A stretch of DNA of 64,000 nucleotides from Selaginella moellendorffii (GCF_000143415.4 NW_003314265.1:4079897-4143896), one strand, 5' to 3'; shown: positions 23,357 to 37,855, counted from the stretch's first letter. Notes: generated from the sequence alone by a model not told the origin. Made by a program: numbers and translations.

Positions 23357-25535
23357 AGAAATCTTTTGCAATTTTTCTTCTCAAGATAGTAATTCAAATG
23401 CTATGAATTATAATTTGTCCCATTGTACAACATAACTAATACATAAGAGATAGAAAGAAAAAACATTGAGGATAATGATCATGAATTAGAGATAAATGCA
23501 ATGATAAAACATGTAACAAATTGGAGAAAAATGCCCTACTACTTGTTTTAGAAAATTACAATTCTATAGTTTCAAGAATATTGCAGCTCTACATTGTTAA
23601 ATGCTTCATAAGGGGGTGAGGCCCAACCTAACCCTTCCATATTATCACTCTCCTTTTTATACCTAGTTCTCCTGCCAATTTCCTCCAGATCTCTACTGTC
23701 CTCTAGTGCAAATTCTCCTCAAACAACTCCTAGGGAATATCCATGCATCTCCACATCACATATATCACTCAAACATAGCTTTGACTTTTTCCAAGATTTG
23801 AATGGCACATGGATATATGGTGTGGAAATGGGATGAAATATGAGCAGGCAAGTATAATGAATGATGAACAATGGTGTAATGAGTGACCAGATGAGTGAAT
23901 GGCGAATATAAGAATGGAAAGGATGATATGTAGAATGAACTGATGTTGAGAAGAACTTGGACAAAGAACTAAAATTGGAAGAAACTTGAACTTCTAGATG
24001 AACAAGATTGATGCAACATTAGGAACAACAACTCAAGAAAGATTTCAATTCTCCAAAGGAAACACCATCTGGACAAAACAAAAAAAGTGAAAGAAAGCTA
24101 GAGAAAGGAAGAGAAAGGGATGAGAAAGAAAAGGAAAGATCTCATAGTATAGGAAGTTTGATAAACTCTCTCTTAGTGATTGAGCATTGCCACAATGAGG
24201 AAACTTAGAACTTAGCTATGTGTGACAATATCTAGAGCCCCTAAAGTATGCAAGAAAGTGTCTCCAAAGAAGTGAACTCAAGTGGAGGTGCTCACAAGAA
24301 TTATGAAGTGTTAGTGATTGTAGAAGATGCCACAATCACTTTAAGTGATGCCACTATGTGGCTGCTGTGACATCCCCTAGGCTAGAGAAACTTCTAACAA
24401 GAGCCCCTAGCTAGGGATTGCCATTGTACTCTTTCTCTTTTCTATAAAGTTTTGTTCTTCTCTTAGCATGTTGAGGGTTGAACCCCTCAACAAGTGGCAA
24501 CCATAGTCCACATTCCATAGTTTTATAGTTATCTTCAAGTTTGTATCCCATGGCCCTTTTAAGAAAGGATAGTAACCTAATTACAATAAAACCTTAATTA
24601 TTTTAAACATAGCACAAAGCCCCAGTCTCATTCCTCCCTTACTAATCTCTAGTAAGGAACCTCAACCCCAACTGCTTCTCTGACTGGGCGACGCAGCACA
24701 AGATCATCAATCATGCATGGAATTTCCAGCCAAATTCTGCACTATGATGCAATCCACATTGCCAAGAAAATCCCACAGGACAAATCTAAATTCACTAGAG
24801 AACACACTTTCAAACACTGTTCAACTCACAAGTGAGGCCTAGCCATCTTCATAATTCTGTCTTTCTGCATGCTCCATCCATAAATGCCTGCATCCAAATC
24901 CTCAAGACATCACTTGTATATTTTTGTGCATCTCCTTGCCATCTATCCTCCTTGTGCTTCTAGAACCACTAGCCTATTCCTCTTGCTAATGGTTTTGTAG
25001 AAATACCTCCATGCTTTTGAACAATCTCTGATTTTGGGCGGCACAATCTTGTAGGCTCTTTCAGCAATGTGACCATCTCCTTGGTCACAACTCCAATCGT
25101 TCTATCCTACAAGTTATCATAGTCATAAAACAAAAAACAAAAATGAACCACAGCATCCATTTGAAGTGAGTCTGGATTTAAGAGATTGGTGTTTGTGGAC
25201 AAACAAGACTATGTCGCATGCTTGCTTGATATCCAACAAGATCTTTGCTTTGAAACGATTTTCTCTGTCCGATGGCTAATCACTTGCAGCCTGCAATGCA
25301 CCACAAACCAACTGGAACACGTGGAAGATCTACCAGCATGACATTTGGCAAAAGGATTTTCAGTCTGATTTGCTTGTTGGAGACTCCTTTCTTGTCACCA
25401 AGAACCAAAAAGAAGAAGAAAAATGAATCATAAGCTCACATTGTATGAGAAAGAAAGACACAAAACTACTTGTGGCTCCCGACTAAGAATGAAATACATT
25501 TATATTGTAGTTTATATTTAACTTTTAATCTTTAG

Positions 25536-28403
25536 TCAAATAGCATCTTTATGAACAAACGTAGCCTCCACCAGCCATGAATCAACGAAAGCCAAGATGT
25601 TACCTTTATCGATAACACAAAGCAAAGCCTTTGTGCCAAGATCCACTTTCATTTTCTTTTCACCTCTTCTAATAAAAGCTCGACTGCTGCACGCTTCCTC
25701 CCTCAAATAGAGGTTACCTAACTGCTTCTTCAGATTAACAACATCTGTAGAAACCAAGAGTTTAATGCACCCATTACGAGCTAACTCTCGAAGAGAGTCA
25801 GCACCAGTAACTTCAGTTGGGGTCGGTGTACTCTTGTGTTGGAAAAGCTTGTTCAGATCCAAGGTATAAAAAGCATTATTGACTTCACCCTACAACAAAA
25901 GAAAAAAGTCCAATTACATCAAAAGATGACATGTTGCTTACCTGGTAAAGCGCCTTACTTGTCTTAACTTGCACAAGAACGGGAACAAGGATCATCGGGT
26001 GTTGCTGCTGCGAGGTGGAGCAAGCAGTGTCAGTCTCTGAGACTTGTCCTTGACCACCTCCATCTCCCTCCGACATGTCTAGAAAAAACAAGGCGTCTGG
26101 CCCAAATCCGGATTCTCCTGTCCATAAAACGGATGGGAAAACGTCCCTCTCCTTGACAGCATTGATGTACTCCTGCAGAGTATATCTTGATGCGTTGACA
26201 TCATACACATCTGAGCCTTTACTATGCTCGTGTCTCATCTGCGCCACTTGTTCACTGTGGATCCTTGGTTTCACAAGCTTCGCTCTTCTAGTGTAGATTT
26301 CTGGAATCTCTAACTCATGTGAAGTGACCGTGTACACACCATCTTGAAGAAACCTAGAGATCAAATTTGCAGGTTGCATCCCGTCCATTGCTTTTGCAAT
26401 CATCTCCACTGCAATCATTTCGTATCCGTGCCCAACTCCGCTGCTACTTGACTGGGCGTTATAACAATAAGCAGTATCCGCTATACTCGATAGGCCTGCT
26501 GGTTCGCCGACAGTTAAATAGTGCCACAAAGAATGGAGAACCAGAGGCTCCTCAATACGCAATAGAACGTTCGCTGTGTCTGACTCGTCCTTCCAAGAAT
26601 CCAAATCTTGCATTTCAAGCGTCCGACGGCCATCCAACCTCGCTAGTCCGTATTGAATTAAACTCAAGCTGGGGTTCTTGACAGCAACATACGTAGCATT
26701 CAATCCATAGAACTGATGGAAGAGTATAAGACTCAGTTTTTCGAGAGCCAGGGGATGCTTCCGAAAAAAGTCTTTTACACTTGTGTAGACTGTTCTGTCA
26801 AGAAAGGGCGAACTCCGTCCCAAAGTGTTAACTGCCATTGGCCTGTACTCTGTAGTAGAAACCTCTTTGGCGTATTCAACGAAGTAAGCAGTTGCGTTGC
26901 TGAGCGGTAGCTTTTCAGAGATAAACGATTCTAATGCTGAAACGAAAAACCTATACCGCCCCTTGTATAGCTGGAAGACCCTGTGAAAATCCACCTGTGA
27001 TGTATCTTCAAGGATCCGACTAGCATAATCCTTCAGGTCGGCCTCCTCATAAAATCCCCCAAAGTGACAGAACACTGCAACTGAAAATCTCTGTTTGAGT
27101 GTAGCAGAAATATTGCGTGCAACAGAAACCATACTTCCTCCTGTACCAGAATAGTAGAACGTGCTTGTGCGAAACCCAGCATCGACCAACACCGGCACAA
27201 ACACATCCAATAGAGATCTTGTTCTTGACCCAGCTGTAGGTGAATCAAACCTATTCACCAAGGTGTCCTGCACCACCTGGCATTCGTCGAGTATAATCGG
27301 CCCACTCCAGTCCCTCTTGTGTGTCTCGATCAAACGATCAAATACCTCTTCGATCCCACAGTCACTGGATACTAACTCGAGTAGTCTATCACTTAGAACG
27401 TAGAACGGGTCATTCTTGAAGGGTAGTAACGCAAATCCAACCTGCTTAAACAACCAGTACTTGGCCCAAACCTGAGGTGGCATGCTTCCTGCTACCTCCT
27501 TCAACTTGTCTAAGATGAAGAATCTGCTGAGAAGAACAGCTTTGAAGCAGCACCGCGTCACGCGCATCGGAATTGACTGGTTTCCTGGATACAGAACCAT
27601 TAGCCGACTAACCAGCGCATCCAAGTCTGCAGAGCCCTCCGATCCAATCCGTCCCATAGGAACACCTACAAAATACAGAGCCAAACGGTCGACTGCAATC
27701 TCATATAGTGTTCGAGTCTTTCCAGAGCCAGAAACATCGAAAAGGACCACCAGGCCAGGACGGGCTATATCCACTTGATCCAGAATGTATTTGGAGGCCC
27801 GAAAAGGCTCCTCGAGGCAATGCCAGAGAAGGCAAGGTTTGCGACTGCCAGGAGCTTGAGGAACCGTCCCTTTGCAAACGTCTGGATAACTGGCCTTAAA
27901 ATGACTTGGCTTAGGAAGTTGTCGATCTGCTCTATGTATCTTATTCCATACTTGGTCCAAGATAGCTTGCACATCTGCTTAATCAAAATCAAACAATTAG
28001 GCTTTGAACGAACACATAGAAAGGCAAGGAGACCAATGAACACTTCGTCAGTACACCAGAGAAGCACACACACAACATAAATCTTACCAGAATCAGTGGC
28101 AGTGGCAGGCGCTGCAAAAACAAAATTTGTCAGCGATGGAAGAACAAGTCAAGAACAAATCCAATGCCTACCCTTGAGTAAGATAAGCTTTTCTTCCCTC
28201 AGCTGGCTCTCCTTTTGCCTCAGCTGGCTCTCGTTTTGCCTCAGCTGATCCTCCCTTCTCCGCCAGTACCGCTTCTCCTCAGCATCATTTGTTGCCTTCA
28301 GCTGCTCCTCAGCCTCACATATTTGCGTCAGGACTCCCTCTATTTGCCTTTCGAGGCGGAAAATCAGCCCATCCACCGGCAAGGGCTCAGAGCCAGACGC
28401 CAT
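25536..28403 (-). CDS. Crinkler/RHS-type (CR) protein: coiled-coil header, P-loop NTPase and PD-(D/E)xK-like restriction endonuclease fold, ~880 aa; exons 28403-28172, 28111-28088, 27974-25942, 25889-25536
   Basis: GT-AG introns keep one open frame. Header EEKRYWRRREDQLRQNESQLRQKESQLREEK; Walker A DVSGSGKT; Walker B IILDE; SGTG; GRYRF; nuclease-like GYE...GPDALFFL...LVQVK. Confidence 0.78.
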
Positions 28404-28737
28404 CCCCACTCCTAACCCTAATGCAAATCAGGGCACGGATGAGGAACGGTTCAGATCTCAAGTGAATATTCCTGAATCAGAGTTATAATTTATCCAGCTT
28501 CCAGACAGAAAACCCTCATCTTAAACGTTTTTAAGCACCACAACTTTTTTATAATAGTATTTTTTTAAAAGAAAGGATTACAAAACTATTGTAATTTAAA
28601 ATAATCAAAACTTAACAAATATATTCTTAAAGAAAAAGAGTAAGAAAATCTAGCTTTATATAATTTGATATAGGTTTAAATTTAGTTCCTCATAACTTAC
28701 CTTAGACTCCTTTCTCCTCTTGAGATCTCACCAACAG

Positions 28738-28970
28738 TGTTAGGTGCCAGCTTTGACTATGTGATCAACGTCGGTCAAAGGGAGGCTCAAGGGTATATTA
28801 CAGCATGTTAGGGTAAGGGACTTAACCTACCCTAAGGCTCACAGTGGAGCGGCGGCACAGTGAAGCTTTTGAGGTAGCTCGGGGGTGGTTGGGTGGTGAG
28901 GAACCTCAAAAGGTGGCATAGCATAGTCTAGGGCAATTAGATCTTTGTCATTTTGCGCCGGATCATAACA
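28738..28970. mobile_element. Solo LTR with perfect 5-bp TSD AACAG
   Basis: TGTTAGG...CATAACA flanked by AACAG at 28733-28737 and 28971-28975. Confidence 0.9.
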
Positions 28971-28975
28971 AACAG

Positions 28976-31900
28976 CTATTCTTGTTCCGAAGCCAGTTCT
29001 TCAACAGCTGATTGACACTCCCGTCACGTTTTCGCTCTGAGACATGTTGTTTCTTGTCCCGGGATTTAGCCAGCATTTAGAGGAGTTTGCACGGTCAGGC
29101 ACACTAGAGAGCACTCTCAAGAGGACTCCTCAAGAGGTGTATATTGTCGACATGACAAAATATGGTGGAGATCTTGGTCCATTCTTTGTCCTGGTGGAGG
29201 ATCTTCCTTCACTTGCACAGTACTTGGCTATAGTCCTCATATCGGACATTGAGCACTCAAAGCATCAGAAGCAAAGAGAACAACAGACAAAGACTCCAGA
29301 TCCAATAGCAACGTTCTTGCCTGACTTACTAGAGACAATCTTACCGGATGTGGTGTCCCCAGCATGTTTATTCGAAGAAGAGGACACTTCTATGATTACA
29401 GCTTATTTCGATAGTGCTTTCTGCCCAAAAACAAGGTTGCCAGCATTGGAGTTTGGATGATTGATTCTGCGGAGAACAAAGTAGCCAATCTCTCTATCAC
29501 TTTGCCAGCAACATTAGCTAATGAAGCAGAGTACTTGGCAGCTATTAGTGCCATAAAGTTGGCCACAGATCTTATAGTTTAGGTGAGTCACTTTCATTGG
29601 AAATGTGCAACTTATCATACGTCAACTTACTGAAGAATACCAAGTCCGCAAAGAGAAGCTAAAAGAGCTATGGCAGCAGGCAGTCAACCTGAAGGATGAG
29701 TTCTCTCATGTGACTTTTTAAAGTGTCCTTCATGAAGAAAAACTTTTGGGCGAATAGGTTATCCCATCAAGCAATCACTATGACGCGAGAGGCAAAAGGC
29801 ACTCCCTGCTCTTTGGTTTCCAAATTCAGGGAGGAATCTAAGATAGATGAGCCCCTTGAGCCCAAGGGTTTCTCCAGACTCCATGGTTCATGTTGTTTTC
29901 CTAGGTGATGACAAGAACACAGTCTTTATTACCACATCGCTTGCTTCAACAAACACAGCAAAGCTCTTGGAACTCCTTCACTGTTTCAAGGACGTGTTTG
30001 CTTGGGACTACAGCCAACTTCTGAGAGTTCCCATGGACACAATCATGCACAATATTGTGCTTTCAGAGTCAGCCAAACCAATCTGTCAAAACATGTGGCA
30101 TTTCAGCCTGGCAGCTCACTCAGAGATAAAGTTGGAGATCGAGCGACTTCTGGCAGTTGGCTTTATTTACCCTTTGGAGAGCTCAGAATGGGTGGCCAAT
30201 CTTGTCCCTGCTTGCAAGGCAAATGGTAAACTCCGCCTATGCGTTGACTTTCAAGACTTGAACAAGGCAACTACGAAAGACCACTTTCTGACTCCATTTA
30301 TCGATGCAATCGTGGATGAGATGGCTGGACACCGTTACTACTCTTTCATGGATGGCTTTTCAGGGTACAACCAGATCTTCATTCATCCAGATCATCAAGA
30401 TCTCACGACCTTCCAGACACCTTGGGGCGTCTTCGCTTTCAACGTCCTCCTGTTTGGCTTGTGTAATGTTGGAGCTACTTTTCAACGCTTTATGACCCAC
30501 GCCTTTCACACTTGATTGGAGGCACCTTGAGGGTGCATATGGATGATCTGTGCATGACCTTTGACTCTTTTGAGGACCACCTTGTGCACTTGGAATAGAT
30601 CTTCACTCGTTGCCGACAACACATGTTTTCATTGAACCCGGCAAAGTGTAATTTCGAGATGACTGAAGGCCGGTTGCTAGGCTTTGATGTCTTGCAGGAT
30701 GGGATCAAGCCCCAGGTATCCAAGGCTCAGGAGATTCTGGATTGGAACCCACCAACCAATGTGAAGCAGCTTCGCAGCTTCCTTGGGTAAATGGGTTTCT
30801 TTTGCCGTTTCCTCCACAACTATGCTGCACGTTCACAGCCTCTGATAACTCTACTACAACACAATGTTCCATTTGTCTGGGGTGAGCCCCAGCAACAAGC
30901 CTTTGATTTGAATCACTAAAGCAGTCACTTTGCACGGCCCCGGTACTCCAACCACCAAAACGACAACATCCTTTCAACATTTACATCACAACGGGTACAG
31001 AGGCTTTTGGAGGATGCCTTTGCCAATGTTCACAGCCTGGCAAGCCACCACATGCAACATATTATGCCTCACATTCGTTCAAGGAGACCAAGAAGAAGTA
31101 CGTGGATGCGGAAAAAGAAGCAATGGCTGTTATGTATACCTTGGAGCAATTTTGTCACTTTCTTGCTGGAGCCTATATCCATTTCCATGTCTGTTTTAAT
31201 GTGTTGACCTTTCTTTTACAGCAACCGTTTCACAGTCCTCGTACTTTATCTTGGATTGTGACCATCCAAGAGTTCCAGCGAACTTTTCACATGCAGCATC
31301 TTCTCCAATGGCTACAGGTCAAGCATGTGAAGAGCAGCAACTATTATCCTGAGTGCAATGGCCAGGCCGAGTCCAGCAATAGGATATTGAAGACGACTCA
31401 TCTCAAAGCTTGCAGAGGATCATCCAAGGCATTGGCACGAGCACTTGGTTACGGCATTGTGGGCCTTTTGGACGTCGTTCAAGACATCCATCTCCGCGAC
31501 CCCATTCTCCCTTGTCTATGGGACAGAGGCCGTGCTTCCAGTGGAGATCTAGGTGCCATCACTCTCACTTTTACTTTGATACACAGTAGCGATGCAGCTT
31601 AGCAATGAGGACAAGCTTCATGCACATGACTTGGAGGTTCTTGCCTTGGAAGAATAGCGACGATCCATGACTAAACATCTCCTTCGAGGCAAGCAGAACA
31701 TAAAGTCAGTCATTGATCACCAGTGGTCTGCTGAACCATTCAAGGATGGAGATCTTGTTCTACTCAAGGAGTTCACGCCACCTTCGAAGTTCTCCCCTCG
31801 CTGGACTGGCCCCTACTTTGTCCAGTGACACATTGGAGGTAGTGCATATGTGTTAGTTGATGCTGATGGACGTGAGCTCCCACACACTCACAACCACTCT

Positions 31901-33491
31901 CACCTCAAACGCTTCATCCGATGAGGCATTCCTCTTCTCTTCATTTTCTTTTACTTCCTTTCTTTCACTTTACATTTATGGCTCCTTTTCTTACTTTCAG
32001 AGGGTGTTTCTTGGCCCATGCCTTGGATTTCGTGCTCAAGCTGCATTGCCATTTGTGTGGAGGTTCCTCACTTGGCCCGGTCTATGTTCCAAGTTCTCTG
32101 GCCCTTCCCTTACCATTACTATACCCCACACATTTCCTACACCTATTCCATATCATGTACACTCACAGTTCCATCATCAATCACTTCCAGCAGCGTTGCC
32201 TGCACTTATCTCTAGATGCCTGTCTTGCATCTTTCATTCTTTCACCATCATTCACATCTTTGTTTGAGGTCACATTTACACCATACCATGGACACACATA
32301 CATGCACCATCAGCAAAACACACCACCTCATTTGGACGTGCCGTTTCCGAGATATCCTTATGACCATTTGCCGACGACGCACTAGCTTTTCTGGAGTGCC
32401 TTTCTTCCAACCGGGTGAAGCTGTTCACTCAAGGCACCTAGGTGGATCTTTAGGCAAGGCCACGGAAGCCATAGCCACTGTCTTCTACTCCAGCACTCAG
32501 TGGACACATGCCACCTCTCTTTACCGACAACCCAGCGATTATGCCGTCCTTTTCAACTGTTGTCTTCTTCAATCTAACACATCAGACCATTGGCCTAACA
32601 CTTTAAGAGATGGCCACCTTCTCAGAGTGCCACCACCATCTCGGCTCTCCACCATATCACTCCACAATATCGGTGCTAGAGCAAGTGCAGGAGTAGGAGC
32701 GAGAGCAGGTGGTTACCGGTTACAAGTCCCTAGTTATTGGTTACCAGTTACCGGCTACTCCTACTGTTTGAGGCCTACGTCTCCTTCCATTTTCACCCTT
32801 ATTACTTTTATTTTAGAGACGGCCACCTTTTTAGAGTGCCACCACCATCTCGATGCTCCACCATATCACTCCATCTTTCATCATTTCCACACTTACCACC
32901 CTTGGGCAATGCATCCCCTCTTCTACCTCTCTTTCTTTCTCGATTTCAGCCAATCCTTGGAGCATACTAGAAGTCATCAAGAGGCTGCATTTGCATATTA
33001 CACTTCCCTGAGCCAAAATCCAGGTACGGGTTAAGTTCTTTGGGTGCTCATTCTTTTTCCTCTATTTTTCTCCACTTTTTCTTTAACTTCATGGTCTAGT
33101 TTGACTATAGGGTTTCCCACCGGGTTTTCCTCCCTGTCTCCAAACTTCACACCTACCTTTTTTCTTTCTTTTTCCACTTTTTTTTCTAGAGTTTCTACTA
33201 TTTCACGCAGCTACCAGCACTTGGCATCAGTAGCAAAGGTATACTCTACACTCTTCGGAGGGTTCTTGCGTGTTTGGAGCTAGTGCAATCCACCGTAGTT
33301 GCATGTTAAGGCGTGGCCACCGAGAGAGTGAGAGAGAGTGAGGGAATATTCTGGTTCTTGAAATATTCCCCATCTTCCTTGTATAAAACCCTTGCCCCAC
33401 AAGGGCAAGGAGGGGGGCATTTGTGGAGAGCATTGGAGCATTTCTCATGTTTGAGCGAGCGTTGGGGGAGGCACCCCTCCTTCCCCTAACA
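28976..33491 (+). mobile_element. pol: Tat-like element B (family of A), 5'-truncated: extra RNase H, RT, RNase H, partly deleted integrase, 3' region and 3' LTR 33304-33491
   Basis: Colinear reverse complement of 5422-9819; FMDGFSGYNQI and SSNYYPECNGQAESSN; many stops. Confidence 0.9.
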
Positions 33492-34475
33492 ATTGGGACG
33501 GACTATTTCACAAAATGGGTTGAGGCCACCCCTTTGCAACATGCTGATCAATAGTCTACAACAAAGTTCGTCTACGAGTACATTATTTGTAGATTCAGAG
33601 TTCCTGCCATTTTGATTTCTGATTGTGGCAGTAGCTTCCTGTACAAGGAAGTTGAGAGTAGGAGCGAGAGCAGGTGGTTACTAGTTACAGGTTACGAGTT
33701 CCCAATTATTGGTTACTAGTTACTAGTTATCGGTTACCGGCTACTCTGAGAGGTCAGTGCTTACTTTACGGGCCAACGGTTACAAATGGCCACCTTTTCA
33801 GAGTGCCACCACCATCTCAGTACTCCACCATATCACTCCATCTTTCATCATTTTTACACTTACCACCTTTGGGCAATGCATACCCTCTTCTACCTTTCTT
33901 TCTTTCTCGATTTCAGCCAATCCTTGAAGCATACTGGAAGTCATCAAAAGGCTGCATTTGCATATTATACTTTCCTGAGCTGAAATCCAAGTACGGGTCA
34001 AGTTCTTTGGGTACTCACTTTTTTTTCCTCTATTTTCCTCCTCTTTTCACACTTTTTCTGCACATTTTCTTTAACGTCAGGGTCCAATTTGACTACAAAG
34101 TTTCCCACCGGGTTTTCCTCCCTGTCTTCAAACTTCACACCTACCTTTTTTCTTTCTTTTCCACTTTGTTTTCTAGAGTTTCTATTATTTCACACAATTA
34201 CCAGCACTTGGCATCAATAGTAGAAGGACACTCTACACTCTTCAGAGGGTTCTTGCATGTCTAGAGCTAGCATGATCCACCATGGTTGCATATGAGGGCA
34301 TGGCCATTGAGAGAGGGAATATTCTGGTCCTCAAAATATTCCCCATCTTCCTTATATAAAACCCTTACCCCACAAGGGCAAGGGGGGGGGGGGGGGGGGG
34401 GCATTTGCAGAGAGCATTGAAGCATTTCTTGTGTTTGAGCGAGTGTTAGGGGAAGTGCCCCTCCTTCCCCCAACA
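33492..34475 (+). mobile_element. Remnant of another copy (B') into whose integrase B is inserted; 3' LTR 34291-34475
   Basis: DYFTKWVEA...YIICRF.VP.ILISD directly after the LTR of B, followed by the family 3' region and a second LTR. Confidence 0.8.
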
Positions 34476-34512
34476 CAATCCACCTTGGTCTTCATTCTAT
34501 CCTCATCAATTT

Positions 34513-36496
34513 ACATTCGAACTTCCCAGCATGCAAGCTAGCATTCCATTTGTGGAAGGTGTTTAATTGGCACTTTGTCTCCTTCATGCCACCATATACA
34601 CATCTCATTTGCCTTTGCCTCATGCTCCTCTTTAGTTGGTGCATCCATCCATTCTCGACAAAGTTGTTTGAACTCGTGATAGAAGCTAAACTTGATGTAT
34701 CGGCAATGTTCATTGACACTCTTTACCCAATGAAACTCACAATTCTTCTTTCTACTTTGTAACTGCTAACTCTTATCATCTCCAAATACTTATTGTACAA
34801 CCAATCAGTTAGCACCAACAGCATCTGCCATGAAACCGCAGAAGTTCGGTTTCTTCCCAGTTTGTTGTTCAACAACCTCGGATATACATGTCCAAATGAC
34901 GGTTTGAACTTGGAAATCTTGAACCTTGAATTCGGCTATAACTATAGTCAAGCTACACTACAACTTATAAAGGGAATAGTTATAATATAAATCGGTATGG
35001 AATCCTTAAAAAATGAAAAGCCACTTACTTGTGATTATAAACATGGGCTCCTATTCTTGACCAACCTGAACTTGTTCCATGTGGTCGAAATGGATCCAAG
35101 AATTAGATACGTCCCCATTGCCATCCATATCTATTCACTGTACAAGGTCCACACCAGAAGTAGGAGCAAAGGTGGACATCTTAAAGATGAAAGGGTATTG
35201 ATTATTCGAAGTCACTTGGCTAACAAACAAACTCCTATGAATAAACTTATAGGGACATTTTCTTTTTAACTTTAAAATTGCATCCAATCTAAATTGAAAC
35301 TTTCCATCTCACCCTTCTCACATTCAGTTCTTTATTCTGCCAAAAAAAAAAAATTTCTAGTGACAAAGTAAAGTTAAGTATTAATATTATACCTGTTTAA
35401 ATTTTTCATGGGTTTTATATTTTGAAGCAAGTTCTTCAAGCTACTCTCCATGAACTCTTTTTTGCTATCAGCTTGCAGCAATGTGTCCACCATATAGTCC
35501 TTTAGTATAGACTATTGAACACACTTTGGAGATGTAGCACTTTTCTTCCCAACCTTTGTAGTAATAGCAGCCTTCAAATTGCAAAAAGAATCATGGCAAA
35601 TTCGTTCCTCTATTACATGTTGGTGGTAACATGCACTATTGTAAAAAAAAATAATACATTTTTGCATCACAACATGCTTGACACACAAGTGTTACCCCAC
35701 ATTTGTGACATTTAAACCCTGTAGCAACTTCACCATGCCTAAGGGGATTGATCGCTGAGCCTTCAAAGAAACACATATTCTTGCCATGATAAAAAATGCA
35801 TTTCTCAATAACACACTGAAGCTGTCCACCACAATGGACTATAGACATAGATCCATTGAAATGGGAGAAGTGGGTCGTCTTTACCTTGTACCAATTATGT
35901 GGATCAAGACGTGTCTTCATGCCCCTCTTTCTGCTTGACAAACTAGGCGGTAGAAATTCAAAGAATATATTTCCATTATAGGAAGATGGAAGCTCTTCAC
36001 CTCTTATGTACTAGAACTCCTTCAATTCCAACCATAATGATCGATATTGCCGAAATGCTTTACCCACTACATCAAAAATTGGTCCAAAAGGAACACATCT
36101 ACTTGTTTGGGAAGCTATGTTGGGAAGCTCATCTTCTTCACTTTTATCACTGGAGAGAATAACAACTTCATCCTTCACTCCTTGTATAGTTGGAAGTGAA
36201 ATTGATGCACTCTCCTTTACTCGCTTCAGAGATTCTATAATTAGAATCTCCTGACCTGTACATCTATCAAGATCCCACTGATTTCTATTCTCTCCCACAC
36301 CACTGTCGAGAAGAATGGATTTTTCTATCTGATTACCTTTATCACGACATACATTCTCCAAACTAACTGATCTTAGCTTCAGCTTGAATTTTCTGCAGAG
36401 GAAGCTCTCTCCTATAACACTCTTAGAGAAAACAATCAGAGGCTCTTGATCAAAGTTCAAGTAGAATTCCTTTATATCTTCTCCTTGCTCGAGCAC
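34513..36496 (-). pseudogene. Transposase pseudogene of copy 2
   Basis: MLEQGEDIKEFYLNFDQEPLIVFS and RLDPHNWYKVKTTHFSHF are homologous to copy 1; stops and deletions. Confidence 0.92.
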
Positions 36497-36688
36497 TTAA
36501 AAAAAATTTGGGGAGAAATTGACAAGAAAGAACAAAGATATTCTTTTGTATTGTGGGCTTTAATTAGCTATACCCTTGCAAAGGACAAGTTAATTATTTT
36601 AACAAAATATATAATTTTTTAGAATCTAGAGATATATGAGAATCTTAAAGAGCCACCTAAATTAATTATATAATTGATTGTGAGAGGA

Positions 36689-36788
36689 NNNNNNNNNNNN
36701 NNNNNNNNNNNNNNNNNNNNNNNNNNNNNNNNNNNNNNNNNNNNNNNNNNNNNNNNNNNNNNNNNNNNNNNNNNNNNNNNNNNNNNNN
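36689..36788. other. Assembly gap (100 N)
   Basis: Run of n. Confidence 1.
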
Positions 36789-37339
36789 TATGAGAGGGAG
36801 AACAAGCAATCAATGCTACAACTCTCATGATTAATTGGTGCCTCTCACTCATAACCCCATTCATTTCACCAGTATTATTCCTCTCACAATCAATTACACA
36901 TATCTTAATATCTAAAGCATTGAATGATTGTCTCCTTGGAAAGAACATGTGAAATCTATGTTTATAGTGGATTTGTCCAATAAATATATCCTACCATTTT
37001 TTAAAATTAAAGTACTATTAAAAAATTAACATATCACTAGAATCTAGAAAGCAATTGCCATTAAAGAGAATGAAAAGCATGACCATTGATCATGACTATT
37101 GATTGTGACCATTGATCATGAAGGTTAATTTTTAGGGTTTTACTGCTAGGGTTTGAGCAAGGAAGGGTGAGAGGAAAACGCTTGAATCTCGCAATGTGCT
37201 TCAAGACTAAATGTTCTTCAAGACACTAGAAAGACATTCCTTAATCAAGGTATACCTCTCTCTACTGCATTTCCATCTCTCCATCTTTCTCTCCTAGCTT
37301 GCGAGCAACTTGTGTCTCACAACTACTTCAGGCTAGAAT

Positions 37340-37855
37340 GATCAGTTTGGCAGCGAACCGATCTTCCCAGCACATCAGATTCTGGGTTTTTTTTTTCTTG
37401 TCGTTGCCTTAGTGCTGTAAGATCAGTTCAATGACGAACCAATCTTCCCAGTGCCAAGGGAACTACTTCTTTTTTTCTTGTTTTTGTTCCCTTGGCACTG
37501 AGAAGATTGGTTTGACAACAAACCAATCTTCCTAATGCAAAGGGAACTGCTTCTTTTCTTCAGTTTTTTGTTCCCTTGGCGTTGAGAAGATTGGTTCAAC
37601 AATGAATATATCTTCATAGTGCTAAGGGAACTGCTTCTTCTCTTCTTCTTTTTTTTGTTCCCTCAGCGCTAGAACCAAACCAATCTTCTCAATGTTAAGG
37701 GAGTTGTTCCTTTTCTTTTTTTCTTTAGTTTTCTTGGCATTGGAAGATTAGTTTGCCGCTGAACCAAACTTCCCAATGCTAAGGGAGCTACTCCTTTTCT
37801 TTTTTCTTTTGTTCTTTTAGTGCTGAAAGATTGGTTCAACAACGGACCAATCTTT
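37340..37855. repeat. Decayed array of GGTTY-N6-RAACC palindromes in copy 2
   Basis: Examples: TTGGTTTGACAACAAACCAA and TCAGTTCAATGACGAACCAA; same position as the copy-1 array. Confidence 0.8.

Noticed and set aside
23059-28970. Inverted repeats flanking the CR gene as TIRs of a single transposon
   Set aside because: The right repeat has its own perfect TSD (AACAG), so it is an independent solo LTR, and the outer flanks do not match.
31857-34264. Several 130-270-aa ORFs in the Tat 3' region
   Set aside because: They are not consistently open between copies A, B and B', and show no domain motifs.
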